A DNA stretch of 64,000 bases from Oceanispirochaeta sp. (GTDB taxonomy: Bacteria > Spirochaetota > Spirochaetia > DSM-2461), in assembly GCA_963666275.2 (NCBI GenBank), contig CAXXOA010000002.1, positions 1,824,001 to 1,888,000 of the forward strand. The letters are read 5' to 3'. The position numbers and the translations under genes were made by a program. The notes beneath the pieces were generated by a model, which was given only the letters and a program-made list of their open reading frames with translations, did not search any database and had not been told where the DNA came from. Each line of letters begins with the position of its first letter. Positions within the stretch are counted from its first letter, which is position 1. Of this stretch, positions 21,116 to 30,873 are shown one piece after another.

Positions 21116-21998
21116 GAGTTCCCCGGATTGTTTCATCCATAACAGGCAGAGCACCGGCATGGCTGACCACGTAATCTGCCAGTCTGGCGGCTTTCCATCC
21201 CGCTTTTTCCAATGAATCGCCTGTGAGGTAGAAATAGAGGAAGGCACCGGAAAAACTGTCTCCCGCACCCACCGTATCTACCACTTTGACTTTATCTGTG
21301 GGAACCGGGAGGGCTGTTCCGCCTGTATCGGCATGATAGATCTCAGCTCCAGAGGGGCCCAGGGTGAGAACCAGCATTTCCAGTTTGTACTCTTTTGAAG
21401 CCTTTTCGAAAAACTCCCGGCCTGAGAGTTCGGTTCCGAAAAGAAGTTTTGAAATGACAGGCAGTTCCTCATCGTTGAGTTTCAGCAGGGTTGTGTAGAC
21501 TATGGTTTCCCGGATGACGTCCTCGGAGTAGTACTCCTGTCTGAGGTTCACATCAAAGAAAAGATGTCTGTAATGAAGAGAGGGGAGAAGCTCATGCAGG
21601 AGCTTTCTGTTGGATTCGGTTCTCTGCGCCAGGGAACCGCAGTACATCAGATCCAGTTCCAGGGATTTGAGTTTTTCAAGCTGCTCCCGGGACAGTTCAA
21701 TACAGTCCCAGGCGGCTCCCTCTTTGATATCATAAGCGGGTATCCCTTCATGGACTGTCACTTCCACAAGTCCTGTGGGATGGGATGAACCTGTCTGCAG
21801 AAAATCTGTTTTCAGGTTTTCTCTTTTCAGTATCCGTTCCGCTTCCGCTCCGGGTTCGTCATCCCCCAGGGCACTGAGCATATAACTTTCAGCTCCCAGC
21901 CGGGCAAGATGCACAGCCACATTCACGGGGGCTCCCCCGAAATGATCTGTTCCATCTATCCGGTCAAAAAGGATCTCTCCAAAACTTAAGGTTTTCAT
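21105..21998 (-). CDS. PfkB-family carbohydrate kinase (fructokinase-like)
   Basis: GGAPVNVA, FDVNLR, KLNDEE, DTVGAGDSF. Confidence 0.93.
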   Translation of the reverse strand: MKTLSFGEILFDRIDGTDHFGGAPVNVAVHLARLGAESYMLSALGDDEPGAEAERILKRENLKTDFLQTGSSHPTGLVEVTVHEGIPAYDIKEGAAWDCIELSREQLEKLKSLELDLMYCGSLAQRTESNRKLLHELLPSLHYRHLFFDVNLRQEYYSEDVIRETIVYTTLLKLNDEELPVISKLLFGTELSGREFFEKASKEYKLEMLVLTLGPSGAEIYHADTGGTALPVPTDKVKVVDTVGAGDSFSGAFLYFYLTGDSLEKAGWKAARLADYVVSHAGALPVMDETIRGTLGI

Positions 21999-22210
21999 TG
22001 CCTTCACTCCTTTCGTACAGTCCGGGGATCCATCTTATGATGATCCCTCTGTGCTGATCAGTACGGACAGGCTCTGCTCTTTTCTTTCCCGGATGAATGC
22101 ACCGGGAAATATGCCGAAAAGGATGCATGCCAATCGTTTTGCATTTTCTCTATTCTATACTTACCGCCGCCTTTTTTTCCATCCCCGGAAGGCGGAAACT
22201 CTCAGGACGA

Positions 22211-23377
22211 TCAGCTTTTTTTCAGGCATCTGTGAATCTCCAGCAGCCGGGAGGGGAGGTAATACAGGCTTTTATCCCTGTTACCTTTAAGATCCAGCTG
22301 CACAGTACCGTCCCTGCGGAGATAGCCGAACCACTCTCCGTATTCTCTGTCGGGGAAATGATCCCAGCTGTACTCCTGTACAGTTTCAAACCATGTTTCA
22401 TAAAGAGGTTCATCTGTGAGGGTATGCGCTTTGAGGAGAGTATAAATGCCGCTGCAGTGAGCATCCCAGGTTTTCATATCCCATTCCAGCTGAAGAGGCT
22501 GTCTGCCTTCGATATCCACGAAGGTGTAGAATCCTCCGCATTCAGGATCCCATCCCAGTTCCAGCGTCCAGGACAGCAGTTTCAGAGCCTCCTCCCTGTA
22601 GGTGGAATTGTTGCTGTAGACAGATTCATCCAGGAGCAGGCCAATGGTTTCCAGAGATCCTCCTGGAGACACCAGCCGCCCGCCGGGGCCTTCCGGGAAT
22701 CCTCCGTCGGGGAGAGCGTATTCAAGGAGTCCCATCCTGGGGGTGTCGGTAAAGAGGGTCAGGAGTATTTTGATGCGGTTGCTTATCTCTTTCCTGTAGG
22801 TTTTTTCATTTTCCCTGTCTGCCAGGATCAGTTCCCGGCAGAGCCGTATCATGCCAGACATAAATCTGCGGCTCAGTACAGCTGGGCCTGACTCTTTTTC
22901 CCGGGACCGGGATTTTTCCAGATTGAGAATCAGGGTATAGAGCTCCCTGGCCTCTTCCAGGCAGGTGGTATCACCGGAAACCCCGGCATAAGCCGCCAGG
23001 CCTGAGGCTATCCAGAGTTCCGGTTCCAGCGAGTCTTCAGGAGGGGAAGGAGGACCTTCGGCTGTTATCTCGGCAAAGACCCTTCCGTCCGAAGGGCGTC
23101 TCAGGGATTTTCTGATAAACCGGACTGTGCCGGAAGCCAGAGCCAGCCAGGTCCGGGACTCTTCCACATCCCTGATCAGGTGTGAAAAGAGCCATAATCC
23201 TCTGCCCTGGGAACTCCCTGTTTTCCGGGTGGAAAGGAGATCTCCCTTCCTGTCCAGGAACGTATAAAATCCTCCCGATTCGGGGTCCACACCGTGTTTC
23301 TCCCAGAAGGGAATGATATCCTGAGTCAGTTCCTGTAAATAAAAGTCTTTCAGTTCAGCAATGCGGGTATTTTCCAT
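22211..23377 (-). CDS. AGE (N-acylglucosamine 2-epimerase)-fold protein, catalytic His absent
   Basis: IIPFW..D...GG, QGR, GWDPECGG, LEWDMK, FPDREYGEWFGYL are AGE-family landmarks. Confidence 0.85.
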   Translation of the reverse strand: MENTRIAELKDFYLQELTQDIIPFWEKHGVDPESGGFYTFLDRKGDLLSTRKTGSSQGRGLWLFSHLIRDVEESRTWLALASGTVRFIRKSLRRPSDGRVFAEITAEGPPSPPEDSLEPELWIASGLAAYAGVSGDTTCLEEARELYTLILNLEKSRSREKESGPAVLSRRFMSGMIRLCRELILADRENEKTYRKEISNRIKILLTLFTDTPRMGLLEYALPDGGFPEGPGGRLVSPGGSLETIGLLLDESVYSNNSTYREEALKLLSWTLELGWDPECGGFYTFVDIEGRQPLQLEWDMKTWDAHCSGIYTLLKAHTLTDEPLYETWFETVQEYSWDHFPDREYGEWFGYLRRDGTVQLDLKGNRDKSLYYLPSRLLEIHRCLKKS

Positions 23378-23383
23378 AGGGTA

Positions 23384-24043
23384 TTAATCCAGATCATCTA
23401 TTGTGATTTCAGTATATTGGGAATCCAGATCCGGATCCAGAGAGAGGGAGAATGAGTAGGTATCATCATCCTCATCTACAGCCTGTATGTCATATTCGAT
23501 CTCCGCATTGGATTTGAGAAGGAGTACCGAAACGGAATCATCCGGAGAAAGGGTCGTTTCACTATCCATAAAATCTATGCCGTAAGACTGGGAGTCTGAA
23601 GGGGAGATAAAAAGGTAGTAGACTTCAAATCCCGTGTAATTGTTGATCTCCAGGGAAATCAGCTGGTTTTCAAGATCATCCAGATCCCAGTAGTCTGTAA
23701 TCTGGGAATCGTTGATGACAATCCTGGCTTCCGAGTCATCGTTGATCTCCATGTCATAGAGTTCAAAGACATTTCCCTCTTCATCAATAGCCATAAAGTC
23801 GAACTGGGCGGAGTATTCGGGATAGGATATAAAAAACTCCACCGACTCCCCCGCATCCAGAGTCCGTGAATCTCCCAGAACATCGGGTCCCCAGTATTCG
23901 CTGTCTCCGGGTGAAAAAAAGAGATAGTATATATCCCGGCCTGTTTTATTTTTGAACTCAATCAGGTTGTAGTATTCGGACTGGGCGAATACCCCAGCTG
24001 CAGATGTGAAGAACAGAATAAGAAATAGAATCTTTTTTACCAT
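23384..24043 (-). CDS. Secreted acidic protein with two tandem ~95-aa repeats
   Basis: Signal peptide; NKTGRDIYYLFFSP..WGPDVL repeated as NYTGFEVYYLFISP..YGIDFM. Confidence 0.8.
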   Translation of the reverse strand: MVKKILFLILFFTSAAGVFAQSEYYNLIEFKNKTGRDIYYLFFSPGDSEYWGPDVLGDSRTLDAGESVEFFISYPEYSAQFDFMAIDEEGNVFELYDMEINDDSEARIVINDSQITDYWDLDDLENQLISLEINNYTGFEVYYLFISPSDSQSYGIDFMDSETTLSPDDSVSVLLLKSNAEIEYDIQAVDEDDDTYSFSLSLDPDLDSQYTEITIDDLD

Positions 24044-24291
24044 AATAATCCCCTTTGTTTTGTTTTTTACCGGTGACTGCAGTCCGGTCTTCCAGGTCAG
24101 ATGGTTTTCTGTAAAAAGACAGGAATCTCTCCGGATTCCCGGGGGATCCTGCTTTGGTACCAGTCACTGCTGCATCAGTTAAAAAACGAAGGGAAGGCCT
24201 TTTTCCTGCCTTCCGGTTTAGAATTCATACTAGTATTACTGGATCAAAATAGCAAATTTGATCGATTTCCCCACAGGGATATGAGAGTCCT

Positions 24292-24849
24292 TTATCCCCA
24301 GATGAGAATCTTCAGTCCGATCAGAACAAGAACGACTCCCCCGACAGTTTCCATCCTCTCTCCGAAGAGATGACTGAGTCTGTGGCCCGCATGGACACCG
24401 GCATAGGAGATCACAAAAGTTGTACTTCCGATGATAAGGGCGGGGATCAGTATGGGGTAGTTGAGAAAAGAGAAGCTGATTCCTACGGCAAGGGCATCTA
24501 TACTGGTTGCCACAGCCAGAATCAGCAGGTTTTTAATATGGAAGACCTCATCGGGATCTTTGCATTCCCCGTCGGGATGAAGGCTCTCCCAGATCATTTT
24601 AATTCCTATGAACCCCAGGAGTCCGAAGGCGATCCAGTGGTTCAGCGACTCTATCCAGGGCCCCTGAAGGAAACTCACCCCGTACCATCCGATGATCGGC
24701 ATGAGCGCCTGAAACAGGCCGAAAAAAAAGGATGTCAGGAGACAGTGGGAGTGGACAAAATCATCCATGGTACAGCCGCAGGAAAGAGAGGCTGCGAAGG
24801 CATCCATTGAGAGGGCTACTGCTGTGAGCATAAGGGTGAACAGGTCCAT
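24292..24849 (-). CDS. mntP: Manganese efflux pump MntP
   Basis: ALSMDAFA, FFFGLFQALMP, ATSIDALAVG, GGVVLVLIGLKIL. Confidence 0.93.
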   Translation of the reverse strand: MDLFTLMLTAVALSMDAFAASLSCGCTMDDFVHSHCLLTSFFFGLFQALMPIIGWYGVSFLQGPWIESLNHWIAFGLLGFIGIKMIWESLHPDGECKDPDEVFHIKNLLILAVATSIDALAVGISFSFLNYPILIPALIIGSTTFVISYAGVHAGHRLSHLFGERMETVGGVVLVLIGLKILIWG

Positions 24850-25014
24850 TACTTCTCCATAGATCCGGGAATCAGATATTCAGACAAGTATAGGTGATGA
24901 GACTATTCGGAATCAATAGGCGTCAGAATCCCGGACGGACTGAAATCCCGGACTCCTCCTATGATCGAAACAGTATGAACTTCCGGCATGCCCGGGGAAG
25001 GGGGCATTTGAAAA

Positions 25015-26139
25015 TTAAAGGTTTTTCTTTTCCACCCCGGTGATTTCCGTGTCTATTATATGGAACTTCCTGTAAAAGGTAGGTGGCACGATCAGGGGAA
25101 GGACCTGTTTTTTTATGGACACGTCCAGAGTATACTTTTCATTTTCCTCATGATCCGCCTGCCTGAGTTCCCCGTCCACATGGTACAGAAAGGGGGTGGG
25201 AGACACGATGCTCGTCTGTTTGACCTCGTACCTTTCGATGTAGGGCATGCCTTTCCGGGCGGCCTTCTTGTTGATCTGGTCATGGCGCCCCATCCACAGC
25301 CAGGGAAAGTTGAGTGCCAGGCTCATCCTGCCGGGAAATTTGAAAAGGTAGACTCCCATGAGACCGTCATTGCAGACCACATCGGGGCAGATCCGGAACA
25401 TTTTGGCATAGTAGGGGCGTGTTCCTATTTCTATAAGATGGGGACTCTGGGAGAGCTGAAGTTTATCAAAACTGAATTCAGCATTGACTCTGGTTCCCTT
25501 GAAGGCGAACTTTCCGTTTTCCATGTTGATAGCATAGGGCGGACGCTCTTTGTCGTATTCCGTAAGGAGTGCCGCAGTCGCCGAGGCTATATAGCTGGCA
25601 AAGCCGCTTTTGGGCAGCCCCGCATATTTTCCGGTGGTATAGGTGTTGCTGTTCCGCAGATCCAGTATCCTGGCATCCATTCCCACACCGGTAAGCTGAC
25701 AGTAGTCACTTTGCCTGCCATGGCGGGAGAGCAGGAGATCCACATTCAGTATATGGTTTTCCCTGATGCTCTGACTGTAGCTTCTCAGCTGCTGAAACAT
25801 TCTCATGGGGACTTCGTAGGAGTCCTGGATTCCGTTTCCCGATCCACCTCTCAGAAAACCAATGGCCTTCTCTTTCAGAAGCTCCGGCCGGGATTCGGCC
25901 TCTTTCATGAACATGTTGATGGTTTCGTTGGCTGTCCCGTCGCCTCCCCAGACCAGAAGCCTTCTGGTGCCGGTCTGACAAAACCGTTTGACCTCTCTGG
26001 CGAAGTGCTGGCGGCTGGTGCTTTCAATCACATAGGGGACATCCGCTTTTTTCAGTATCCTCCTGAGTATTCTGGCATACTGAGGATACCGGCTTGGGTT
26101 TATTATAAAGGAGCAATCCTGAAGCTGTATATGATTCAT
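25015..26139 (-). CDS. Diacylglycerol/lipid kinase-family protein
   Basis: IINP, GGDGT, GGSGN, GVGMDA, VDGE motifs. Confidence 0.85.
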   Translation of the reverse strand: MNHIQLQDCSFIINPSRYPQYARILRRILKKADVPYVIESTSRQHFAREVKRFCQTGTRRLLVWGGDGTANETINMFMKEAESRPELLKEKAIGFLRGGSGNGIQDSYEVPMRMFQQLRSYSQSIRENHILNVDLLLSRHGRQSDYCQLTGVGMDARILDLRNSNTYTTGKYAGLPKSGFASYIASATAALLTEYDKERPPYAINMENGKFAFKGTRVNAEFSFDKLQLSQSPHLIEIGTRPYYAKMFRICPDVVCNDGLMGVYLFKFPGRMSLALNFPWLWMGRHDQINKKAARKGMPYIERYEVKQTSIVSPTPFLYHVDGELRQADHEENEKYTLDVSIKKQVLPLIVPPTFYRKFHIIDTEITGVEKKNL

Positions 26140-26286
26140 TGTTCATCTCCCTGCCCCATAGCATATCCCAGGATGGAGAAAATGTCAGGAGAGGGGAGCG
26201 GATTGATAAAATACAAGGATTTTTGTAGGAATTATTCTCATTTTTCCTTATACTTTAATAATAAACAAAAATATGTGAGGTATGAT

Positions 26287-26829
26287 ATGAGTTTAGATAA
26301 AAAAATCCAGGATGCCCTGAATGAGCAGGTCAATGCAGAGATGTTTTCCGCCTATCTCTACCTTTCCATGGGGAGCTGGTTCGAAGATCAGAATCTGAAC
26401 GGTTTTGCCAACTGGTTCCGCTGTCAGTTTCTGGAAGAGAATATGCACGGAATGAAAATATATAATTTTATCAACGAAAGAGGGGGAAGGGTAAAACTGA
26501 AACCCATTGACGGTCCTGAAACAGACTGGAGCTCTTTTATCGAGGTTTTTGAAGAGGTGGCCAAACACGAAGCCCATGTAACTTCTCTGATCAATAATCT
26601 TGTCTATCTGGCCAGGGAAGCCAAAGATTATGCCACGGAAAGTTTTCTGATGTGGTATGTGGATGAGCAGGTGGAAGAAGAGGCCACAGCAGATGAACTT
26701 CTCAGCCGTCTGAAAATGATCAAGGATAATCCGGATGCTCTTTATAATCTGGACAAGGAGCTTTCTTCCAGGGCTCCTTCCCCCAATGTGCTCCCCATTC
26801 ATCTGGGACAGCCCGTTGCCAACGCCTGA
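26287..26829 (+). CDS. ftnA: Non-heme ferritin
   Basis: LNEQVNAEMFSAYLYLSM, EENMH, HEAHVT, WYVDEQVEEE; true start 26287 after GAGG. Confidence 0.95.
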   Translation: MSLDKKIQDALNEQVNAEMFSAYLYLSMGSWFEDQNLNGFANWFRCQFLEENMHGMKIYNFINERGGRVKLKPIDGPETDWSSFIEVFEEVAKHEAHVTSLINNLVYLAREAKDYATESFLMWYVDEQVEEEATADELLSRLKMIKDNPDALYNLDKELSSRAPSPNVLPIHLGQPVANA

Positions 26830-26844
26830 TCAGTGACAGGGCAT

Positions 26845-26877
26845 AAAAAAACCGGAGCAGCCGCTCCGGTTTTTTTT
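26845..26877. terminator. Bidirectional intrinsic terminator
   Basis: A-tract CCGGAGC agcc GCTCCGG T-tract between convergent genes. Confidence 0.9.
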
Positions 26878-26888
26878 ACTGAAATCTA

Positions 26889-27167
26889 TTAGTACCGAAA
26901 ATCGTTCCGGGGTTTTCTTTCTCTTTCAATCGCTTCATTTACACGAAGATTACGACCGTCGAGCTCCTGGTTGTTCAGGGCTGAGATTGCCGCTTCTGCT
27001 GCATCTTCCTCTTCCATTTCAATGAAACCGAAGCCTTTTGAACGGTTGGTTTCTCTGTCAAAAATGATTTTGCTGCTCAGTACGGTTCCGAACTGGGCAA
27101 AATGATCTGCCAATCTGTCTTCATCTGTATTGTAATTCAGATTTCCTACGTAAAGTTTTTTGGGCAT
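26889..27167 (-). CDS. RRM RNA-binding protein
   Basis: KLYVGNL (RNP2), SKGFGFIEM (RNP1), GRNLRVNEA. Confidence 0.95.
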   Translation of the reverse strand: MPKKLYVGNLNYNTDEDRLADHFAQFGTVLSSKIIFDRETNRSKGFGFIEMEEEDAAEAAISALNNQELDGRNLRVNEAIERERKPRNDFRY

Positions 27168-27468
27168 TTGTACTTCCTCTCCGGTCCTAATTCCGGAATT
27201 CAAAAAAAAATTCAACCAGAGTGCACGAAGGGTCCATCCCTATTTAGTTATCACTTTCGATTATCTTCTGTCGGTAAACTTATCAGGACGTGAAAAGAAA
27301 CACGGCGGGAGCGAATCAGAACAAAACAACAATAGCAGATATAAAGATCAACGTGACATCTCTGTCTTTATTCCTTTTTATCAGGAAAATTCCGTCTGGT
27401 CAATGAAAAAAGAACAGAGAGGGCTTCTAAAATGGAAAAAATGCAGAAAATTCAGAATATATTTTGGC

Positions 27469-27510
27469 TTGACAACTGGATTTCTTATGGTATATTTAGT
27501 GATATATCAC
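27469..27510 (+). promoter_or_regulatory. sigma70 promoter plus GntR operator
   Basis: TTGACA-16-TATATT followed by perfect palindrome GTGATATATCAC (27499-27510). Confidence 0.7.
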
Positions 27511-27521
27511 GTGAGGTTTCA

Positions 27522-28160
27522 GTGGGAAGAGAGTCGTTATCACAGGAAATTCATCAGAAACTGCTGGCTATGCTCCTGGAGGGAGAACTTCTGCCGGGGC
27601 AGATCATCAACAGGCGTCAGATGGCTTCGGATTTCAATGTCAGTGTCGCTCCTGTCCTGGAGGCGATGGTTCTTCTGGAGCATGAAGGGCTTCTGGAGAC
27701 GATTCCCCGGAAAGGCACCCAGGTCAAACTGATCCGGGAAGCCGATGTGATGGGGCAGTTTATGATACGGGATGCTCTGGAATGCAAAGCCGCCCGCCTG
27801 TACTGGGATGGTCCACTGAAAGACAAAATGGATCATCTGCTGCCATTTGCCGAGAAAGTGGACCAGGCTCCTGAGGATCACCTGGAGGACTGGAAAACTG
27901 AGATCCTTTTCCATAGGGATCTGGTAAACCTGGCAGCCGTTCCGGCTCTGACAGAGGCCTTTGACAGGACTATGAAACTGAATCTTTTTTATGCCATGGC
28001 CAGGATTATTCCGGCCCATAAAAAGACGTCCAGGGAAAACCATGTGGATCTGCTGAACCGTCTGTGTGCAGCCGGATCTGCCGACAGGGCGGAAGAGATC
28101 ATTCGGAATCATGTCTGGTACGGAAAAGATTTTATTTTAAATACGGTGTCCCGTGTTTAG
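27522..28160 (+). CDS. GntR/FadR-family regulator
   Basis: GELLPGQ..FNVSVAPVLEAMVLLEHEGLL..PRKGT wHTH, FCD-like C-terminus; GTG start after GAGG. Confidence 0.9.
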   Translation: MGRESLSQEIHQKLLAMLLEGELLPGQIINRRQMASDFNVSVAPVLEAMVLLEHEGLLETIPRKGTQVKLIREADVMGQFMIRDALECKAARLYWDGPLKDKMDHLLPFAEKVDQAPEDHLEDWKTEILFHRDLVNLAAVPALTEAFDRTMKLNLFYAMARIIPAHKKTSRENHVDLLNRLCAAGSADRAEEIIRNHVWYGKDFILNTVSRV

Positions 28161-28204
28161 AATATAAAAGGAAGAAATTACAACTCTTTATCAGGGGGAT
28201 ATTA

Positions 28205-29338
28205 ATGAAGATTGTTATTGCATCGGACTCCTACAAAGGATCCAATACAAGCATAAAAGTAGCCGAGGGTATTGAACGGGGTATCAGAAAGGTTAATGAG
28301 GACCTGGAATGCATCAAGATCCCCGTGGCCGACGGAGGGGAAGGGCTGGTTCAGGCTCTGGTTCCCGATGAAAGCAAATGGGTGCGGAAAACAGTTACCG
28401 GTCCCATGAAGAAACCCGTGGAAGCCCACTATGCCATGATGGATGCCGCCACGGCTGTACTGGAAATGGCCAGTGCCTCGGGACTCCCCCTTGTGGAGGG
28501 AGAGAAGGATCCCCGCCTGGCAACCACTTATGGTACCGGGGAACTGATGAAAGACGCTATTGAAAGAGGATGCAAAACCCTCTATATCGGAATAGGCGGC
28601 AGTGCCACCAACGACGGCGGTACGGGCATGGCCAAAGCTCTGGGAGCCAGATTTCTGGATGCTCAGGGGAAAGAGCTGGATCCGGCGGGAGGAAATCTAA
28701 ATGAGATCGCTCAGGTTGATCTATCGGGGATGCTCCCCGCACTGAAAGAGACAACCATCAAGGTTGCCTGTGATGTGGACAATCCCCTGTGCGGTGATCA
28801 GGGAGCCAGCGCCATTTACGGTCCCCAGAAAGGAGCCACACCTGAGATGGTAAAACTCCTGGATGCCAATCTGGACCATCTGGCTAAAATCATGGAGAAA
28901 GCCAGCGGGAAAGAGTATGCGGAAGTTCCGGGAGCCGGTGCTGCAGGAGGGCTGGGATTCGGTCTGATGGCCTTCTGCGGAGCTGAGCTTGAGTCGGGAA
29001 TCGATCTGGTTCTGGACAGTCTGGGATTTGATGAGGCTATTGAAGGAGCCTCTCTTGTGATTACCGGAGAAGGTAAAATTGACGGTCAGTCTATCCGGGG
29101 AAAGGTTCCCGTAGGGATTGCCGCCCGGGCCAAGAAGAAAAATCTTCCCGTCCTGGCTGTCTGCGGTGATATCGGCCCCGGTGTGGATGTTCTGTATGAA
29201 TACGGAATTGATTCTGTCATGAGCACGGTTAACAAAGCCATGCCTTTGAGCGAAGCCATGGACCGTTCTGCCGAACTCCTGGAAGAGGCGGCCGAAAGAG
29301 CTTTCCGTATGATCATGATCGGTTACGGAATGAAATAA
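28205..29338 (+). CDS. glxK: Glycerate kinase (GlxK/GarK family)
   Basis: IVIASDSYKGS, PVADGGEG, GGSATNDGG, GPQKGA, GAGAAGGLG, TGEG. Confidence 0.95.
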   Translation: MKIVIASDSYKGSNTSIKVAEGIERGIRKVNEDLECIKIPVADGGEGLVQALVPDESKWVRKTVTGPMKKPVEAHYAMMDAATAVLEMASASGLPLVEGEKDPRLATTYGTGELMKDAIERGCKTLYIGIGGSATNDGGTGMAKALGARFLDAQGKELDPAGGNLNEIAQVDLSGMLPALKETTIKVACDVDNPLCGDQGASAIYGPQKGATPEMVKLLDANLDHLAKIMEKASGKEYAEVPGAGAAGGLGFGLMAFCGAELESGIDLVLDSLGFDEAIEGASLVITGEGKIDGQSIRGKVPVGIAARAKKKNLPVLAVCGDIGPGVDVLYEYGIDSVMSTVNKAMPLSEAMDRSAELLEEAAERAFRMIMIGYGMK

Positions 29339-29386
29339 TTCACTAAGTGCTTTTCGGGATTGTGTGTTCCCGTTTCCCTATTTTTT

Positions 29387-29434
29387 GCCTGCTCCCTCAG
29401 CAAACCGTGGAATTGCTGAGGGGCAGGTTTTTTT
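29387..29434 (+). terminator. Probable terminator after glycerate kinase
   Basis: CCTGC.CCCTCAGCAA...TTGCTGAGGGGCAGG followed by T-tract. Confidence 0.6.
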
Positions 29435-29447
29435 GTATACTGATATC

Positions 29448-30095
29448 ATGAAAAAGAATGCTCTGATTTTTGATCACGACGGGACTCTGGTGGATTCCAT
29501 CGATGCTGTGGTGATCTGTACAAACGATATACTTGTTTCCAGGGACTGCCCGGCTCAGTCGGAACTTGAGATCCGCAAAGGGATGGCTTATCCCACTCTG
29601 GACAGGTTTGCCTATCATTCCGGGATTTCCGATCCGCAGGAGCTGGCCCGGATGGCTTCCGATTTCTACACCCTTATGAATGAGAAGGGGGTGGATCATG
29701 TGAAGCTCTATCCCCATATCAAGAAGGCTCTGGATTCTCTGGCCTCCCGGGGGTATTCCCTGGGAATGGTTACCAATAATCAGGGCTTTTTTGTCCGCCG
29801 GGCAGCTGCCAGGCTCCGGTATGCCTATGATTTTGAAGTGATTCTGGGAGAGGAGAATGTCCCCCTTCCCAAGCCTGATCCCCGGGGACTTCTTCAGGCC
29901 TGCGCCGGTCTGGGGGCGGATCCTGAAAACTGCTGGTATATCGGAGACGGAAAGCCGGACTATCAGGTCGCCCGTGCGGCAGGGCTGAAAGCGGGCATGG
30001 TCAGCTGGGGAGCCCATCCCCGGGAGGAACTGGAAGCCCTGAAGCCCGATGCCCTCTGGGACTCACCTGAAGAGCTGGAGGCTTATTTCCACTGA
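29448..30095 (+). CDS. HAD phosphatase (phosphoglycolate phosphatase-like)
   Basis: FDHDGTLVDS, VTNN, KPDP, IGDG. Confidence 0.9.
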   Translation: MKKNALIFDHDGTLVDSIDAVVICTNDILVSRDCPAQSELEIRKGMAYPTLDRFAYHSGISDPQELARMASDFYTLMNEKGVDHVKLYPHIKKALDSLASRGYSLGMVTNNQGFFVRRAAARLRYAYDFEVILGEENVPLPKPDPRGLLQACAGLGADPENCWYIGDGKPDYQVARAAGLKAGMVSWGAHPREELEALKPDALWDSPEELEAYFH

Positions 30096-30096
30096 G

Positions 30097-30873
30097 ATGA
30101 GACGGTACAGAAGGTCTGGAGCCCGAAGGCGCTCATCCCGGTATTACTCTCTGAACGACCTGCTGTCCCGGCAGCCCAAATCTCTGCGCCGAAACCCCTA
30201 TTACAGGGATATGATGAATCATCTTGTCACATCAGAAACCCTGATGCGCCTCAGGATCAGCACTCCCGCTTACAGGATCCTGAACCGGGCGGTGATAAAA
30301 CCGGAAAACCTGAATAATTTCTATAGAACCTACCGAATCCCCAGAGATCCTTTTTTTCCTCTTTTTCTGGGGATCAAGAGAGAGTACCTTGCAGAAAAAC
30401 AGAGAAAACAGGAGCAGAGGGAAGCCTATATCCTTAAAAAAATGAAGTCCCTTCCGGGAGGTAAGATCCGGTTCATCCGTTTTCTTGCTCAGTGGGAACA
30501 GGAAATTAACAGGTATATGGATTATCCTTACTGGATGGAACACCTGTATCCCTCTACCAAGAAACGGGTGCATGAGTATGAGAATTTTTCTCTTCTTGAG
30601 TGGGATGTTTTTCTGCAGGACTATCTAGAGGGACTGCTCAGGCACTACAGGATAAAAAATGAAGTTCTGGGACCCCGAATCCTGGCCTGCCATCTGCTGG
30701 AACTGATTCCGTCTCTGGACCCACTGGCATTTCCCTGTCAGAAGGATGTTTTAAGATCCTACAGAGTCCTGAGCCTCATCCATCATCCCGATCGGGGAGG
30801 AGAGTCCGAGGTGTTTATCCGATTGAAAGAAGCCAGGGAGGTTTTATGTCAAAAGCATACTTCAGAGTCCTGA
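30097..30873 (+). CDS. Protein with C-terminal J domain (class C J-protein)
   Basis: YRVLSLIHHPDRGG..FIRLKEAREVL HPD motif. Confidence 0.8.
   Translation: MRRYRRSGARRRSSRYYSLNDLLSRQPKSLRRNPYYRDMMNHLVTSETLMRLRISTPAYRILNRAVIKPENLNNFYRTYRIPRDPFFPLFLGIKREYLAEKQRKQEQREAYILKKMKSLPGGKIRFIRFLAQWEQEINRYMDYPYWMEHLYPSTKKRVHEYENFSLLEWDVFLQDYLEGLLRHYRIKNEVLGPRILACHLLELIPSLDPLAFPCQKDVLRSYRVLSLIHHPDRGGESEVFIRLKEAREVLCQKHTSES

Noticed and set aside
25060..26286. 589-aa ferritin fusion
   Set aside because: N-terminal 409 codons are the antisense shadow of the lipid kinase; ferritin has its own RBS and start at 26287
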